From Balanoglossus misakiensis (lineage: Eukaryota > Animalia > Hemichordata): a stretch of DNA of 64,000 nt. Shown here in pieces: positions 39,501-52,193 of this stretch. How positions within the stretch are numbered: position 1 is the first letter of the stretch; each line of letters starts with the position of its first letter. Under the pieces are notes generated by a model. That model searched no databases and was not told where the DNA came from. It saw only the letters and a list, made by a program, of their open reading frames with translations. Position numbers and translations under genes: made by a program. The DNA lies in assembly GCA_040954595.2 (NCBI GenBank), contig CM082595.2:8600317-8664316 (forward strand), read 5' to 3'.

Positions 39501-42500
39501 AAATGGCGAAGCAAGGTTGATGATGCATCAGGGTAGATAGTGATGCAAGCTCTGCACTTTGACATGGGTATAAAATGCCTACAGGGGGATTTAAAGTTGT
39601 CTGTAAATCCCTGGGTTAATACGTGGCGGATAGCACTGTACTTTGACATTGCATATGCAATGGTGACATTGAATGGGATTCTTTGCATTAGGGCAAATGG
39701 CGAAGCAAGCTCAATGATGCATCAGAGTAGATGGTGATGCAAACTGTGCACTTTCACATGGGTATTTAATGTTAAATGTAAATCCATAGGTTAATACGTG
39801 GCCAAAAGCACTCTAATTTGACATTGCTAATGGAACGATGACATTGAATCTGATTCTTTGCATCAGGGCAAATGGCGAAGCAAGGTTGATGATGCATCAG
39901 GGTAGATAGTTATGCAATCACTTCACTTTGACATTGGTATTAAATGCATATGGGGATTTCAAGTTGATGATAAATCCCTGGGTTAATACGTGTCCAAAAG
40001 CACTGTACTTTGACATTGCTAATGCAACGATGACATTGAATCTGATTCTTTGCATCAGGGTAAATGGCGTAGCAAGCTTTATGATGCATCAGGGTAGATA
40101 GTGATGCAAACACTTCACTTTGACATGGATATAAAATGCCTACAGGGGAATTTAAAGTTGTCTGTAAATCCCTGGGTTAATACGTGGCTGAAAGCACTGT
40201 ACTTTGACATTGCATATGCAATGGTGACATTGAATGGGATTCTTTGCATTAGGGCAAATGGCGAAGCAAGCTCAATGATGCATCAGAGTAGATGGTGATG
40301 CAAACTCTGCACTTTCACATGGGTATTTAATGTTAAATGTAAATCCATAGGTTAATACGTGGCCAAAAGCACTCTAATGTGACATTGCTAATGGAACGAT
40401 GACATTGAATCTGATTCTTTGCTTCAGGGCAAATGGCGAAGCAAGGTTGATGATGCATCAGGGTAGATAGTGATGCAATCACTTCACTTTGACATTGGTA
40501 TTAAATGCATATGGGGATTTCAAGTTGATGATAAATCCCTGGGTTAATACGTGTCCAAAAGCACTGTACTTTGACATTGCTAATGTAACGATGACATTGA
40601 ATCTGATTCTTTGCATCAGGGTAAATGGCGTAGCAAGCTTTATGATGCATCAGGGTAGATAGTGATGCAAACACTTAACTTTGACATGGGTATTAAATGC
40701 ATATGGGGATTTCAGGTTGTTGAAAAATCTGTGGGTTAATACGTGTCGAAAAGCACTGTACTTTGACATTGCTAATGCAATGATGACATTTAATCTGATT
40801 CTTTGCATCAGGGTAAATGGCGTAGCAAGCTTTATGATGCATCAGGGTAGATAGTGTTGCAAACACTTCACTTTGACATGGGTATAAAATGCCTACAGGG
40901 GGATTTAAAGTTGTCTGTAAATCCCTGGGTTAATACGTGTCCAAAAGCACTGTACTTTGACATTGCTAATGCAACGATGACATTGAATCTGATTCTTTGC
41001 ATCAGGGTAAATGGCGAAGCAAGGTTGATTATGCATCAGGGTAGATAGTGATGCAAGCTTTGCACTTTGACATGGGTATAAAATGCCTACAGGGGGATTT
41101 AAAGTTGTCTGTAAATCCCTGGGTTAATACGTGGCGGAAAGCACTGTACTTTGACATTGCATATGCAATGGTGACATTGAATGGGATTCTTTGCATTAGG
41201 GCAAATGGCGAAGCAAGCTCAATGATGCATCAGAGTAGATGGTGATGCAAACTCTGCACTTTCACATGGGTATTTAATGTTAAATGTAAATCCATAGGTT
41301 AATACGTGGCCAAAAGCACTCTAATTTGACATTGCTAATGGAACGATGACATTGAATCTGATTCTTTGCATCAGGGCAAATGGCGAAGCAAGGTTGATGA
41401 TGCATCAGGGTAGATAGTGATGCAATCACTTCACTTTGACATGGGTATTAAATGCATATGGGGATTTCAAGTTGATGATAAATCCCTGGGTTAATACGTG
41501 TCCAAAAGCACTGTACTTTGACATTGCTAATGTAACGATGACATTGAATATGATTCTTTGCATCAGGGTAAATGGCGTAGCAAGCTTTATGATGCATCAG
41601 GGTAGATAGTGATGCAAACACTTCACTTTGACATGGGTATTAAATGCATATGGGGATTTCAGGTTGTTGAAAAATCTGTGGGTTAATACGTGTCGAAAAG
41701 CACTGTACTTTGACATTGCTAATGCAATGATGACATTGAATCTGATTCTTTGCATCAGGGTAAATGGCGTAGCAAGCTTTATGATGCATCAGGGTAGATA
41801 GTGATGCAAACACTTCACTTTGACATGGGTGTAAAATGCCTACAGGGGGATTTAAAGTTGCCTGTAAATCCCTGGGTTAATACGTGTCCAAAAGCACTGT
41901 ACTTTGACATTGCTAATGCAACGATGACATTGAATCTGATTCTTTGCATCAGGGTAAATGGCGAAGCAAGGCCGATGATGCATCAGGGTAGATAGTGATG
42001 CAAGCTCTGCACTTTGACATGGGTATAAAATGCCTACTGGGGGATTTAAAGTTGTCTGTAAATCCCTGGGTTAATACGTGGCGGAAAGCACTGTACTTGG
42101 ACATTGCATATGCAATGGTGACATTGAATGGGATTCTTTGCATTAGGGCAAATGGCGAAGCAAGCTCAATGATGCATCAGAGTAGATGGTGATGCAAACT
42201 CTGCACTTTCACATGGGTATTTAATGTTAAATGTAAATCCATAGGTTAATACGTGGCCAAAAGCACTCTAATTTGACATTGCTAATGCAACGATGACATT
42301 GAATCTGATTCTTTGCATCAGGGTAAATGGCGAAGCAAGGTTGATTATGCATCAGGGTAGATAGTGATGCAAGCTCTGCACTTTGACATGGGTTTAAAAT
42401 GCCTACAGGGGGATTTAAAGTTGTCTGTAAATCCCTGGGTTAATACGTGGCGGAAAGCACTGTACTTTGACATTGCATGGCGAAGCAAGCTCAATGATGC

Positions 42501-45500
42501 ATCAGAGTAGATGGTGATGCAAACTCTGCACTTTCACATGGGTATTTAATGTTAAATGTAAATCCATAGGTTAATACGTGCCAAAAGCACTCTAATTTGA
42601 CATTGCTAATGCAACGATGACATTGAATCTGATTCTTTGCATCAGGCCAAATGGCGAAGCAAGGTTGATGATGCATCAGGATAGATAGTGATGCAATCAC
42701 TTCACTTTGACATGGGTATTAAATGCATATGGGGATTTCAAGTTGATGATAAATCCCTGGGTTAATACGTGTCCAAAAGCACTGTACTTTGACATTGCTA
42801 ATGTAACGATGACATTGAATCTGATTCTTTGCATCAGGGTAAATGGCGTAGCAAGCTTTATGATGCATCAGGGTAGATAGTGATGCAAACACTTCACTTT
42901 GACATCGGTATTAAATGCATATGGGGATTTCAGGTTGTTGAAAAATCTGTGGGTTAATACGTGTCGAAAAGCACTGTACTTTGACATTGCTAATGCAATG
43001 ATGACATTGAATCTGATTCTTTGCATCAGGGTAAATGGCGTAGCAAGCTTTATGATGCATCAGGGTAGATAGTGATGCAAACACTTCACTTTGACATGGG
43101 TATAAAATGCCTACAGGGGGATTTAAAGTTGTCTGTAAATCCCTGGGTTAATACGTGTCCAAAAGCACTGTACTTTGACATTGCTAATGCAACGATGACA
43201 TTGAATCTGATTCTTTGCATCAGGGTAAATGGCGAAGCAAGGTTGATGATGCATCAGGGTAGATAGTGATGCAAGCTCTGCACTTTGACATGGGTATAAA
43301 ATGCCTACAGGGGGATTTAAAGTTGTCTGTAAATCCCTGGGTTAATACATGGCGGAAAGCACTGTACTTTGACATTGCATATGCAATGGTGACATTGAAT
43401 GGGATTCTTTGCATTAGGGCAAATGGCGAAGCAAGCTCAATGATGCATCAGAGTAGATGGTGATGCAAACTCTGCACTTTCACATGGGTATTTAATGTTA
43501 AATGTAAATCCATAGGTTAATACGTGGCCAAAAGCACTGTAATTTGACATTGCTAATGCAACGATGACATTGAGTCTGATTCTTTGCATCAGGGTAAATG
43601 GCGAAGCAAGGTTGATGATGCATCAGGGTAGATAGTGATGCAATCACTTCACTTTGACAAGGGTATTAAATGCATATGGGGATTTCAAGTTGATGATAAA
43701 TCCCTGGGTTAATACGTGTCCAAAAGCACTGTACTTTGACATTGCTAATGCAACGATGACATTGAATCTGATTCTTTGCATCAGGGTAAAGGGTGTAGCA
43801 AGCTTTATGATGCATCAGGGTAGATAGTGATGCAAACACTTAACTTTGACATGGGTATTAAATGCATATGGGGATTTCAGGTTGTTGAAAAATCTGTGGG
43901 TTAATACGTGTCCAAAAGCACTGTACTTTGACATTGCTAATGCAACGATAACATTGAATCTGATTCTTTGCATCAGGGTAAATGGCGTAGCAAGCTTTAT
44001 GATGCATCAGGGTAGATAGTGATGCAAACACTTCACTTTGACATGGGTATAAAATGCCTACAGGGGGATTTAATGTTGTCTGTAAATCCCTGGGTTATTA
44101 CGTGTCCAAAAACACTGTACTTTGACATTGATAATGCAGCGATGACATTGAATCTGATTCTTTGCATCAGAGTAAATGGCGAAGCAAGGTTGATGAAGCA
44201 TCAGGGTAGATAGTGATGCAAGCTCTGCACTTTGACATGGCCATAAAATGCCTACGGGGGGATTTAAAGTTGTCTGTAAATCCCTGGGTTAATACGTGGC
44301 GGAAAGCACTGTACTTTGACATTGCATATGCAATGGTGACATTGAAAGGGATTCTTTGCATTAGGGCAAATGGCGAAGCAAGCTCAATGATGCATCAGAG
44401 TAGATAGTGATGCAATCACTTCGCTTTGACATTGGTATTAAATGCATATGGGGATTTCAAGTTGATGATAAATCCCTGGGTTAATACGTGTCCAAAAGCA
44501 CTGTACTTTGACATTGCTAATGCAACGATGACATTGAATCTGATTCTTTGCATCAGGGTAAATGGCGTAGCAAGCTTTATGACGCATCAGGGTAGATAGT
44601 GATGCAAACACTTCACTTTGACATTGGTATAAAATGCCTACAGGGGGATTTAAAGTTGTCTGTAAATCCCTGGGTTAATACGTGGCTGAAAGCACTGTAC
44701 TTTGACATTGCATATGCAATGGTGACATTGAATGGGATTCTTTGCATTAGGGCAAATGGCGAAGCAAGCTCAATGATGCATCAGAGTAGATGGTGATGCA
44801 AACTCTGCACTTTCACATGGGTATTTAATGTTAAATATAAATCCATAGGTTAATACGTGGCCAAAAGCACTCTAATTTGACATTGCTAATGGAACGATGA
44901 CATTGAATCTGATTCTTTGCATCAGGGCAAATGGCGAAGCAAGGTTGATGATGCATCAGGGTAGATAGTGATGCAATCACTTAACTTTGACATGGGTATT
45001 AAATGCATATGGGGATTTCAAGTTGATGATATATCCCTGGGTTAATACGTGTCCAAAAGCACTGTACTTTGACATTGCTAATGTAACGATGACATTGAAT
45101 CTGTTTCTTTGCATCTGGGCAAATGGCGAAGCAAGGTTGATGATGCATCAGGGTAGATAGTGATGGAATCACTTCACTTTGACATGGGTATTAAATGCAT
45201 ATGGGGATTTCAAGTTGATGATAAATCCCTGGGTTAATACGTGTCCAAAAGCACTGTACTTTGACATTGCTAATGTAACGATGACATTGAATCTGATTCT
45301 TTGCATCAGGGTAAATGGCGTAGCAAGCTTTATGATGCATCAGGGTAGATAGTGATGCAAACACTTCACTTTGACATGGGTATTAAATGCATATGGGGAT
45401 TTCAGGTTGTTGAAAAATCTGTGGGTTAATACGTGTCGAAAAGCACTGTACTTTGACATTGCTAATGCAATGATGACATTGAATCTGATTCTTTGCATCA

Positions 45501-46027
45501 GGGTAAATGGCGAAGCAAGGTTGATTATGCATCAGGGTAGATAGTGATGCAAGCCCTTCACTTTGACATGTGTATAAAATGCATACAGGGGGATTTAAAG
45601 TTGTCTGTAAATCCCTGGGTTAATACGTGTCCAAAAGCACTGTACTTTGACATTGCTAATGCAACGATGACATTGAATCTGATTCTTTGCATCAGGGTAA
45701 ATGGCGAAGCAAGGTTGATTATGCATCAGGGTAGATAGTGATGCAAGCTCTGCACTTTGACATGGGTATAAAATGCCTACAGGGGGATTTAAAGTTGTCT
45801 GTAAATCCCTGGGTTAATATGTGGCGGAAAGCACTGTACTTTGACATTGCATATGCAATGGTGACATTGAATGGGATTCTTTGCATTAGGGCAAATGGCG
45901 AAGCAAGCTCAATTATGCATCAGGGTAGATGGTGATGCAAACTCTGCACTTCCACATGGGTATTTAATGTTAAATGTAAATCCATAGGTTAATACGTGGC
46001 CAAAAGCACTCTAATTTGACATTGCTA
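24534..46027 (+). repeat. Satellite DNA array, segment 1 (monomers 194/194/175/192/192 bp, variable higher-order repeats)
   Basis: Continuous same-orientation monomers gtgatgcaa...cacttt(g/c)acatgggtat...ggttaatacgtg...tttgacattgc...gcatcagggtagata. ORF-track spacings of 194, 369, 753, 947 and 1137 are sums of these monomer lengths. Confidence 0.99.
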
Positions 46028-46327
46028 AATAACAATCTGTGATATCACAGATTGGGTTTGTAAATGTATGAAGCCTTCCCCTTATGGCTCCCCTGCCTTC
46101 CCTATCTCTTCTTCCTTTGTCTTTCCTTCCCCCTTCTTTTGCACTCGTCACCTGGCGTCCCCCCTCTACTCATTTGCATATCCTTTGTCTTATCCTCTAA
46201 TTGCTCTCTCAATCTCCTCAGTTAGCGTCTTTGTCCGCGTCAGTGCGACAACCCAGCTATTCTCTCTCTGCATTTTTTCTTTGTCTCGTTTACCTCAACT
46301 TTATTCAACCCTTCAACGCAACGCATT

Positions 46328-46635
46328 ATGCCAGCCCGCCGTAAAAGACCATCGATTGGAGGCCGAGCTACCGTCCAGGCCCCCAGAGGTCGAGGTCGAG
46401 GAACCAGAGTGGCCCCTTACGAGCGGCCGGTGACCCGTTCCCGCACTGCTCCAGGAAGTTTTGCGACGCAGGACGCGGTGAGTCCCGGCCATCACACCAG
46501 CCCAATTTTAGCGACCGGTGGGGACCAGTTGGTGCGTCAGCCTTATGAGGTCCCTGACGAAATGGGTCAAGCGGGGTCGTCAAGATTGGTAACGGATCCG
46601 GACGCTCTGGCGGTCCAGCAGAGGAGCGCCAGCCG
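46328..46635 (+). pseudogene. 5' remnant of probable gag-like ORF1 of the Ngaro element
   Basis: An ATG 54 bp after repeat A1 opens an Arg/Gly/Pro-rich N-terminus (MPARRKRPSIGGRATVQAPRGRGRG). The gag assignment is by position only, and the deletion breakpoint is approximate. Confidence 0.5.
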
Positions 46636-46932
46636 AGGACGCACAGCTGCACCCCAACGGAGCCGTTTTTCCTGTTACCTGAAAGAGTGGCACTCGACCG
46701 CTCAACCTTCACATCTAGTCTCCGCTTGCTGTTGTCGCGCTTGGGCCTGCATCCTCAACACTTCGCTGGCCACTCTTTCCGCATCGGTGCAGCCACTTCA
46801 GCAGCCAGTGCCCATCTCCCAGACCACCTTATTCAGACTCTCGGCAGGTGGTCTAGTGACTGTTACCGTAGATATATTAGAACGCCCGAAGGACTTTTGC
46901 GTTCTGCCTTTAGAGCTTTGGCCTTTCAGTAG
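46636..46932 (+). pseudogene. Tyrosine recombinase (phage-integrase family), C-terminal fragment
   Basis: ...EPFFLLPERVALDRSTFTSSLRLLLSRLGLHPQHFAGHSFRIGAATSAA...IQTLGRWSSDCYRRYIR contains the HxxR, LGRW and catalytic Tyr motifs typical of DIRS/Ngaro recombinases. The N-terminal catalytic Arg region is absent. Confidence 0.92.
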
Positions 46933-47066
46933 TCTACTTCCGTCTCCCCCTTACTAACCCCAGTCTGAGCCACGCAGGCCGGTACTCCCTCGGGTACCCT
47001 CTGCACCAATCCCTGGCTTCCATTGGAGTTCCAACTGTGAGCCACAACTCACAGCTCATTTTGCCT

Positions 47067-47225
47067 TCCACCTGGGCCGACTCGACACCGTCCGTCCCCC
47101 AGGACCCCCACCATTGGACCGCACTACTTCCGGTGCCTCCAATGGATTCCCCCATACCTGCATCCACCTGGGCCGACCAGACCACGTCTGTCCCCCAGGA
47201 CCCAACCCATTGGGCCGCACTACGC
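47067..47225 (+). repeat. Two-copy internal repeat of the Ngaro element, period 96 bp
   Basis: tccacctgggccgac...gtcccccaggaccc...ccattgg(a/g)ccgcactac at 47067 and 47163. Confidence 0.85.
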
Positions 47226-48248
47226 CTCCAATGGTCACCTACCAACCTACTAACATCTCATGGGGGTCACTTCGGTCATGCTTCCCACAACCTCAGTTTG
47301 GGCTATGGATTACATCCTGCCCCCCATTTCGTGCCATAGGTCACCACCTAGTGCCTGGCCTACCACGGTTTCTGCAGCATGGTTTTCTCGTTCGCCCATG
47401 CCACGGGAGCGGAACCGAAGGGGCCCCTGCCCAACCAGTTTTTAGGTAGTTAGTTTGCAACTTACTGTATTAGATAGATAGGTTTGTTTTTTATTTATTG
47501 CCTTTTGTTCTTGCGCTTGCTTTGGTAGACATTTGTCTCTTTTTGTTGGGGCTTTTCGCCTTGTTTTATTTGCATTAAATCTTCCTTCTTCCTACTTCCT
47601 TTGTCTGGCGTAGTACATTTACAAAATAACAATCTGTGATATCACAGATTGGGTTTGTAAATGTATGAAGCCTTCCCCTTATGGCTCCCCTGCCTTCCCT
47701 ATCTCTTCTTCTTTTGTCTTTCCTTCCCCCTTCTTTTGCACTCGTCACCTGGCGTCCCCCCTCTACTCATTTGCATATCCTTTGTCTTATCCTCTAATTG
47801 CTCTCTCAATCTCCTCAGTTAGCGTCTTTGTCCGCGTCAGTGCGACAACCCAGCTATTCTCTCTCTGCATCCCGCCACCATCCCCTTTCACCACCTTTGT
47901 CCCTTTGGTCCGGCTCTCTGGTGTGGCTATGGATTACATCCTGCCCCCCATTTCGTGCCATAGGTCACCACCTAGTGCCTGGCCTACCACGGTTTCTGCA
48001 GCATGGTTTTCTCGTTCGCCCATGCCACGGGAGCGGAACCGAAGGGGCCCCTGCCCAACCAGTTTTTAGGTAGTTAGTTTGCAACTTACTGTATTAGATA
48101 GATAGGTTTGTTTTTTATTTATTGCCTTTTGTTCTTGCGCTTGCTTTGGTAGACATTTGTCTCTTTTTGTTGGGGCTTTTCGCCTTGTTTTATTTGCATT
48201 AAATCTTCCTTCTTCCTACTTCCTTTGTCTGGCGTAGTACATTTACAA

Positions 48249-51200
48249 ATGGAACGATGACATTGAATCTGATTCTTTGCATCATGGCAAATGGCGAAGC
48301 AAGGTTTATGATGCATCAGAGTAGATAGTGATGCAATCACTTCACTTTGACATTGGTATTAAATGCATATGGGGATTTCAAGTTGATGAAAAATCTCTGG
48401 GTTAATACGTGTCCAAAAGCACTATAATTTGACATTGCTAATGCAACGATGACATTGAATCTGATTCTTTGCATCAGGGTAAATGGCGTAGCAAGCTTTA
48501 TGACGCATCAGGGTAGATAGTGATGCAAACACTTCACTTTGACATGGGTATAAAATGCCTACAGGGGGATTTAAAGTTGTCTGTAAATCCCTGGGTTAAT
48601 ACGTGGCTGAAAGCACTGTACTTTGACATTGCATATGCAATGGTGACATTGAATGGGATTCTTTGCATTAGGGCAAATGGCGAAGCAAGCTCAATGATGC
48701 ATCAGAGTAGATGGTGATGCAAACTCTGCACTTTCACATGGGTATTTAATGTTAAATGTAAATCCATAGGTTAATACGTGGCCAAAAGCACTCTAATTTG
48801 ACATTGCTAATGCAACGATGACATTGAATCTGATTCTTTGCATCAGGGTAAAGGGCGTAGCAAGCTTTATGATGCATCAGGGTAGATAGTGATGCAAACA
48901 CTTAACTTTGACATGGGTATTAAATGCATATGGGGATTTCAGGTTGTTGAAAAATCTGTGGGTTAATACGTGTCCAAAAGCACTGTACTTTGACATTGCT
49001 AATGCAACGATAACATTGAATCTGATTCTTTGCATCAGGGTAAATGGCGTAGCAAGCTTTATGATGCATCAGGGTAGATAGTGATGCAAACACTTCACTT
49101 TGACATGGGTATAAAATGCCTACAGGGGGATTTAATGTTGTCTGTAAATCCCTGGGTTATTACGTGTCCAAAAACACTGTACTTTGACATTGATAATGCA
49201 GCGATGACATTGAATCTGATTCTTTGCATCAGGGTAAATGGCGAAGCAAGGTTGATGAAGCATCAGGGTAGATAGTGATGCAAGCTCTGCACTTTGACAT
49301 GGCCATAAAATGCCTACGGGGGGATTTAAAGTTGTCTGTAAATCCCTGGGTTAATACGTGGCGGAAAGCACTGTACTTTGACATTGCATATGCAATGGTG
49401 ACATTGAATGGGATTCTTTGCATTAGGGCAAATGGCGAAGCAAGCTCAATGATGCATCAGAGTAGATGGTGATGCAAACTCTGCACTTCCACATGGGTAT
49501 TTAATGTTAAATGTAAATCCATAGGTTAATACGTGGCCAAAAGCACTCTAATTTGACATTGCTAATGGAACGATGACATTGAATCTGATTCTTTGCATCA
49601 GGGCAAATGGCGAAGCAAGGTTGATGATGCATCAGGGTAGATAGTGATGCAATCACTTCACTTTGACATTGGTATTAAATGCATATGGGGATTTCAAATT
49701 GATGATAAATCCCTGGGTTAATACGTGTCCAAAAGCACTGTACTTTGACATTGCTAATGCAACGATGACATTGAATCTGATTCTTTGCATCAGGGTAAAT
49801 GGTGTAGCAAGCTTTATGATGCATCAGGGTAGATAGTGATGCAAACACTTCACTTTGACATGGGTATTAAATGCATATGGGGATTTCAGGTTGTTGAAAA
49901 ATCTGTGGGTTAATACGTGTCCAAAAGCACTGTACTTTGACATTGCTAATGCAACGATGACATTGAATCTGATTCTTTGCATCTGGGCAAATGGCGAAGC
50001 AAGGTTGATGATGCATCAGGGTAGATAGTGATGCAATCACTTCACTTTGACATGGGTATTAAATGCACATGGGGATTTCAGGTTGTTGAAAAATTTGTGG
50101 GTTAATACGTGTCCAAAAGCACTGTACTTTGACATTGCTAATGCAACGATGACATTGAATCTGACTCTTTGCATCAGGGTAAATGGCGTAGCAAGCTTTA
50201 TGACGCATCAGGGTAGATAGTGATGCAAACACTTCACTTTGACATGGGTATTAAATGCATATGGGGATTTCAGGTTGTTGAAAAATCTGTGGGTTAATAC
50301 GTGTCCAAAAGCACTGTACTTTGACATTGCTAATGCAATGATGACATTGAATCTGATTCTTTGCATCAGGGTAAATGGCGTAGCAAGCTTTATGACGCAT
50401 CAGGGTAGATAGTGATGCAAACACTTCACTTTGACATGGGTATAAAATGCCTACAGGGGGATTTAAAGTTGTCTGTAAATCCCTGGGTTAATACGTGTCC
50501 AAAAGCACTGTACTTTGACATTGCTTATGCAGCGATGACATTGAATCTGATTCTTTGCATCAGGGTAAATGGCGAAGCAAGGTTGATGAAGCATCAGGGT
50601 AGATAGTGATGCAAGCTCTGCACTTTGACATGGGTATAAAATGCCTACAGGGGGATTTAAAGTTGTCTGTAAATCCCTGGGTTAATACGTGGCTGAAAGC
50701 ACTGTACTTTGACATTGCATATGCAATGGTGACATTGAATGGGATTCTTTGCATTAGGGCAAATGGCGAAGCAAGCTCAATGATGCATCAGAGTAGATGG
50801 TGATGCAAACTCTGCACTTTCACATGGGTATTTAATGTTAAATGTAAATCCATAGGTTAATACGTGGCCAAAAGCACTCTAATTTGACATTGCTAATGCA
50901 ACGATGACATTGAGTCTGATTCTTTGCATCAGGGTAAATGGCGAAGCAAGGTTGATGATGCATCAGGGTAGATAGTGATGCAATCACTTCACTTTGACAA
51001 GGGTATTAAATGCATATGGGGATTTCAAGTTGATGATAAATCCCTGGGTTAATACGTGTCCAAAAGCACTGTACTTTGACATTGCTAATGCAACGATGAC
51101 ATTGAATCTGATTCTTTGCATCAGGGTAAAGGGCGTAGCAAGCTTTATGATGCATCAGGGTAGATAGTGATGCAAACACTTAACTTTGACATGGGTATTA

Positions 51201-52193
51201 AATGCATATGGGGATTTCAGGTTGTTGAAAAATCTGTGGGTTAATACGTGTCCAAAAGCACTGTACTTTGACATTGCTAATGCAACGATAACATTGAATC
51301 TGATTCTTTGCATCAGGGTAAATGGCGTAGCAAGCTTTATGATGCATCAGGGTAGATAGTGATGCAAACACTTCACTTTGACATGGGTATAAAATGCCTA
51401 CAGGGGGATTTAATGTTGTCTGTAAATCCCTGGGTTATTACGTGTCCAAAAACACTGTACTTTGACATTGATAATGCAGCGATGACATTGAATCTGATTC
51501 TTTGCATCAGGGTAAATGGCGAAGCAAGGTTGATGAAGCATCAGGGTAGATAGTGATGCAAGCTCTGCACTTTGACATGGCCATAAAATGCCTACGGGGG
51601 GATTTAAAGTTGTCTGTAAATCCCTGGGTTAATACGTGGCGGAAAGCACTGTACTTTGACATTGCATATGCAATGGTGACATTGAATGGGATTCTTTGCA
51701 TTAGGGCAAATGGCGAAGCAAGCTCAATGATGCATCAGAGTAGATGGTGATGCAAACTCTGCACTTTCACATGGGTATTTACTGTTAAATGTAAATCCAT
51801 AGGTTAATACGTGGCCAAAAGCACTCTAATTTGACATTGCTAATGCAACGATGACATTGAATCTGATTCTTTGCATCTGGGCAAATGGCGAAGCAAGGTT
51901 GATGATGCATCAGGGTAGATAGTGATGCAATCACTTCACTTTGACATGGGTATTAAATGCATATGGGGATTTCAAGTTGATGATAAATCCCTGGGTTAAT
52001 ACGTGTCCAAAAGCACTGTACTTTGACATTGCTAATGTAACGATGACATTGAATCGGATTCTTTGCATCAGGGTAAATGGCGTAGCAAGCTTTATGATGC
52101 ATCAGGGTAGATAGTGATGCAAACACTTCACTTTGACATGGGTATTAAATGCATATGGGGATTTCAGGTTGTTGAAAAATCTGTGGGTTAATA
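48249..52193 (+). repeat. Satellite DNA array, segment 2
   Basis: The same monomers resume in register after the Ngaro element. Confidence 0.99.

Larger units (their letters stand above)
46028..48248 (+). mobile_element. Internally deleted Ngaro-type (DIRS order) tyrosine-recombinase retrotransposon, 2221 bp
   Basis: Split direct repeats A1 46028-46273, B1 47301-47624, A2 47625-47870 and B2 47925-48248, plus a tyrosine recombinase C-terminus. It is inserted in gacattgcta|atggaacg without a TSD. Confidence 0.93.

Noticed and set aside
46068-48340. Alternative ORFs across the Ngaro repeats, including the full 209-aa ORF 46328-46957
   Set aside because: They read through terminal repeats or run out of frame over the recombinase fragment after the deletion junction.
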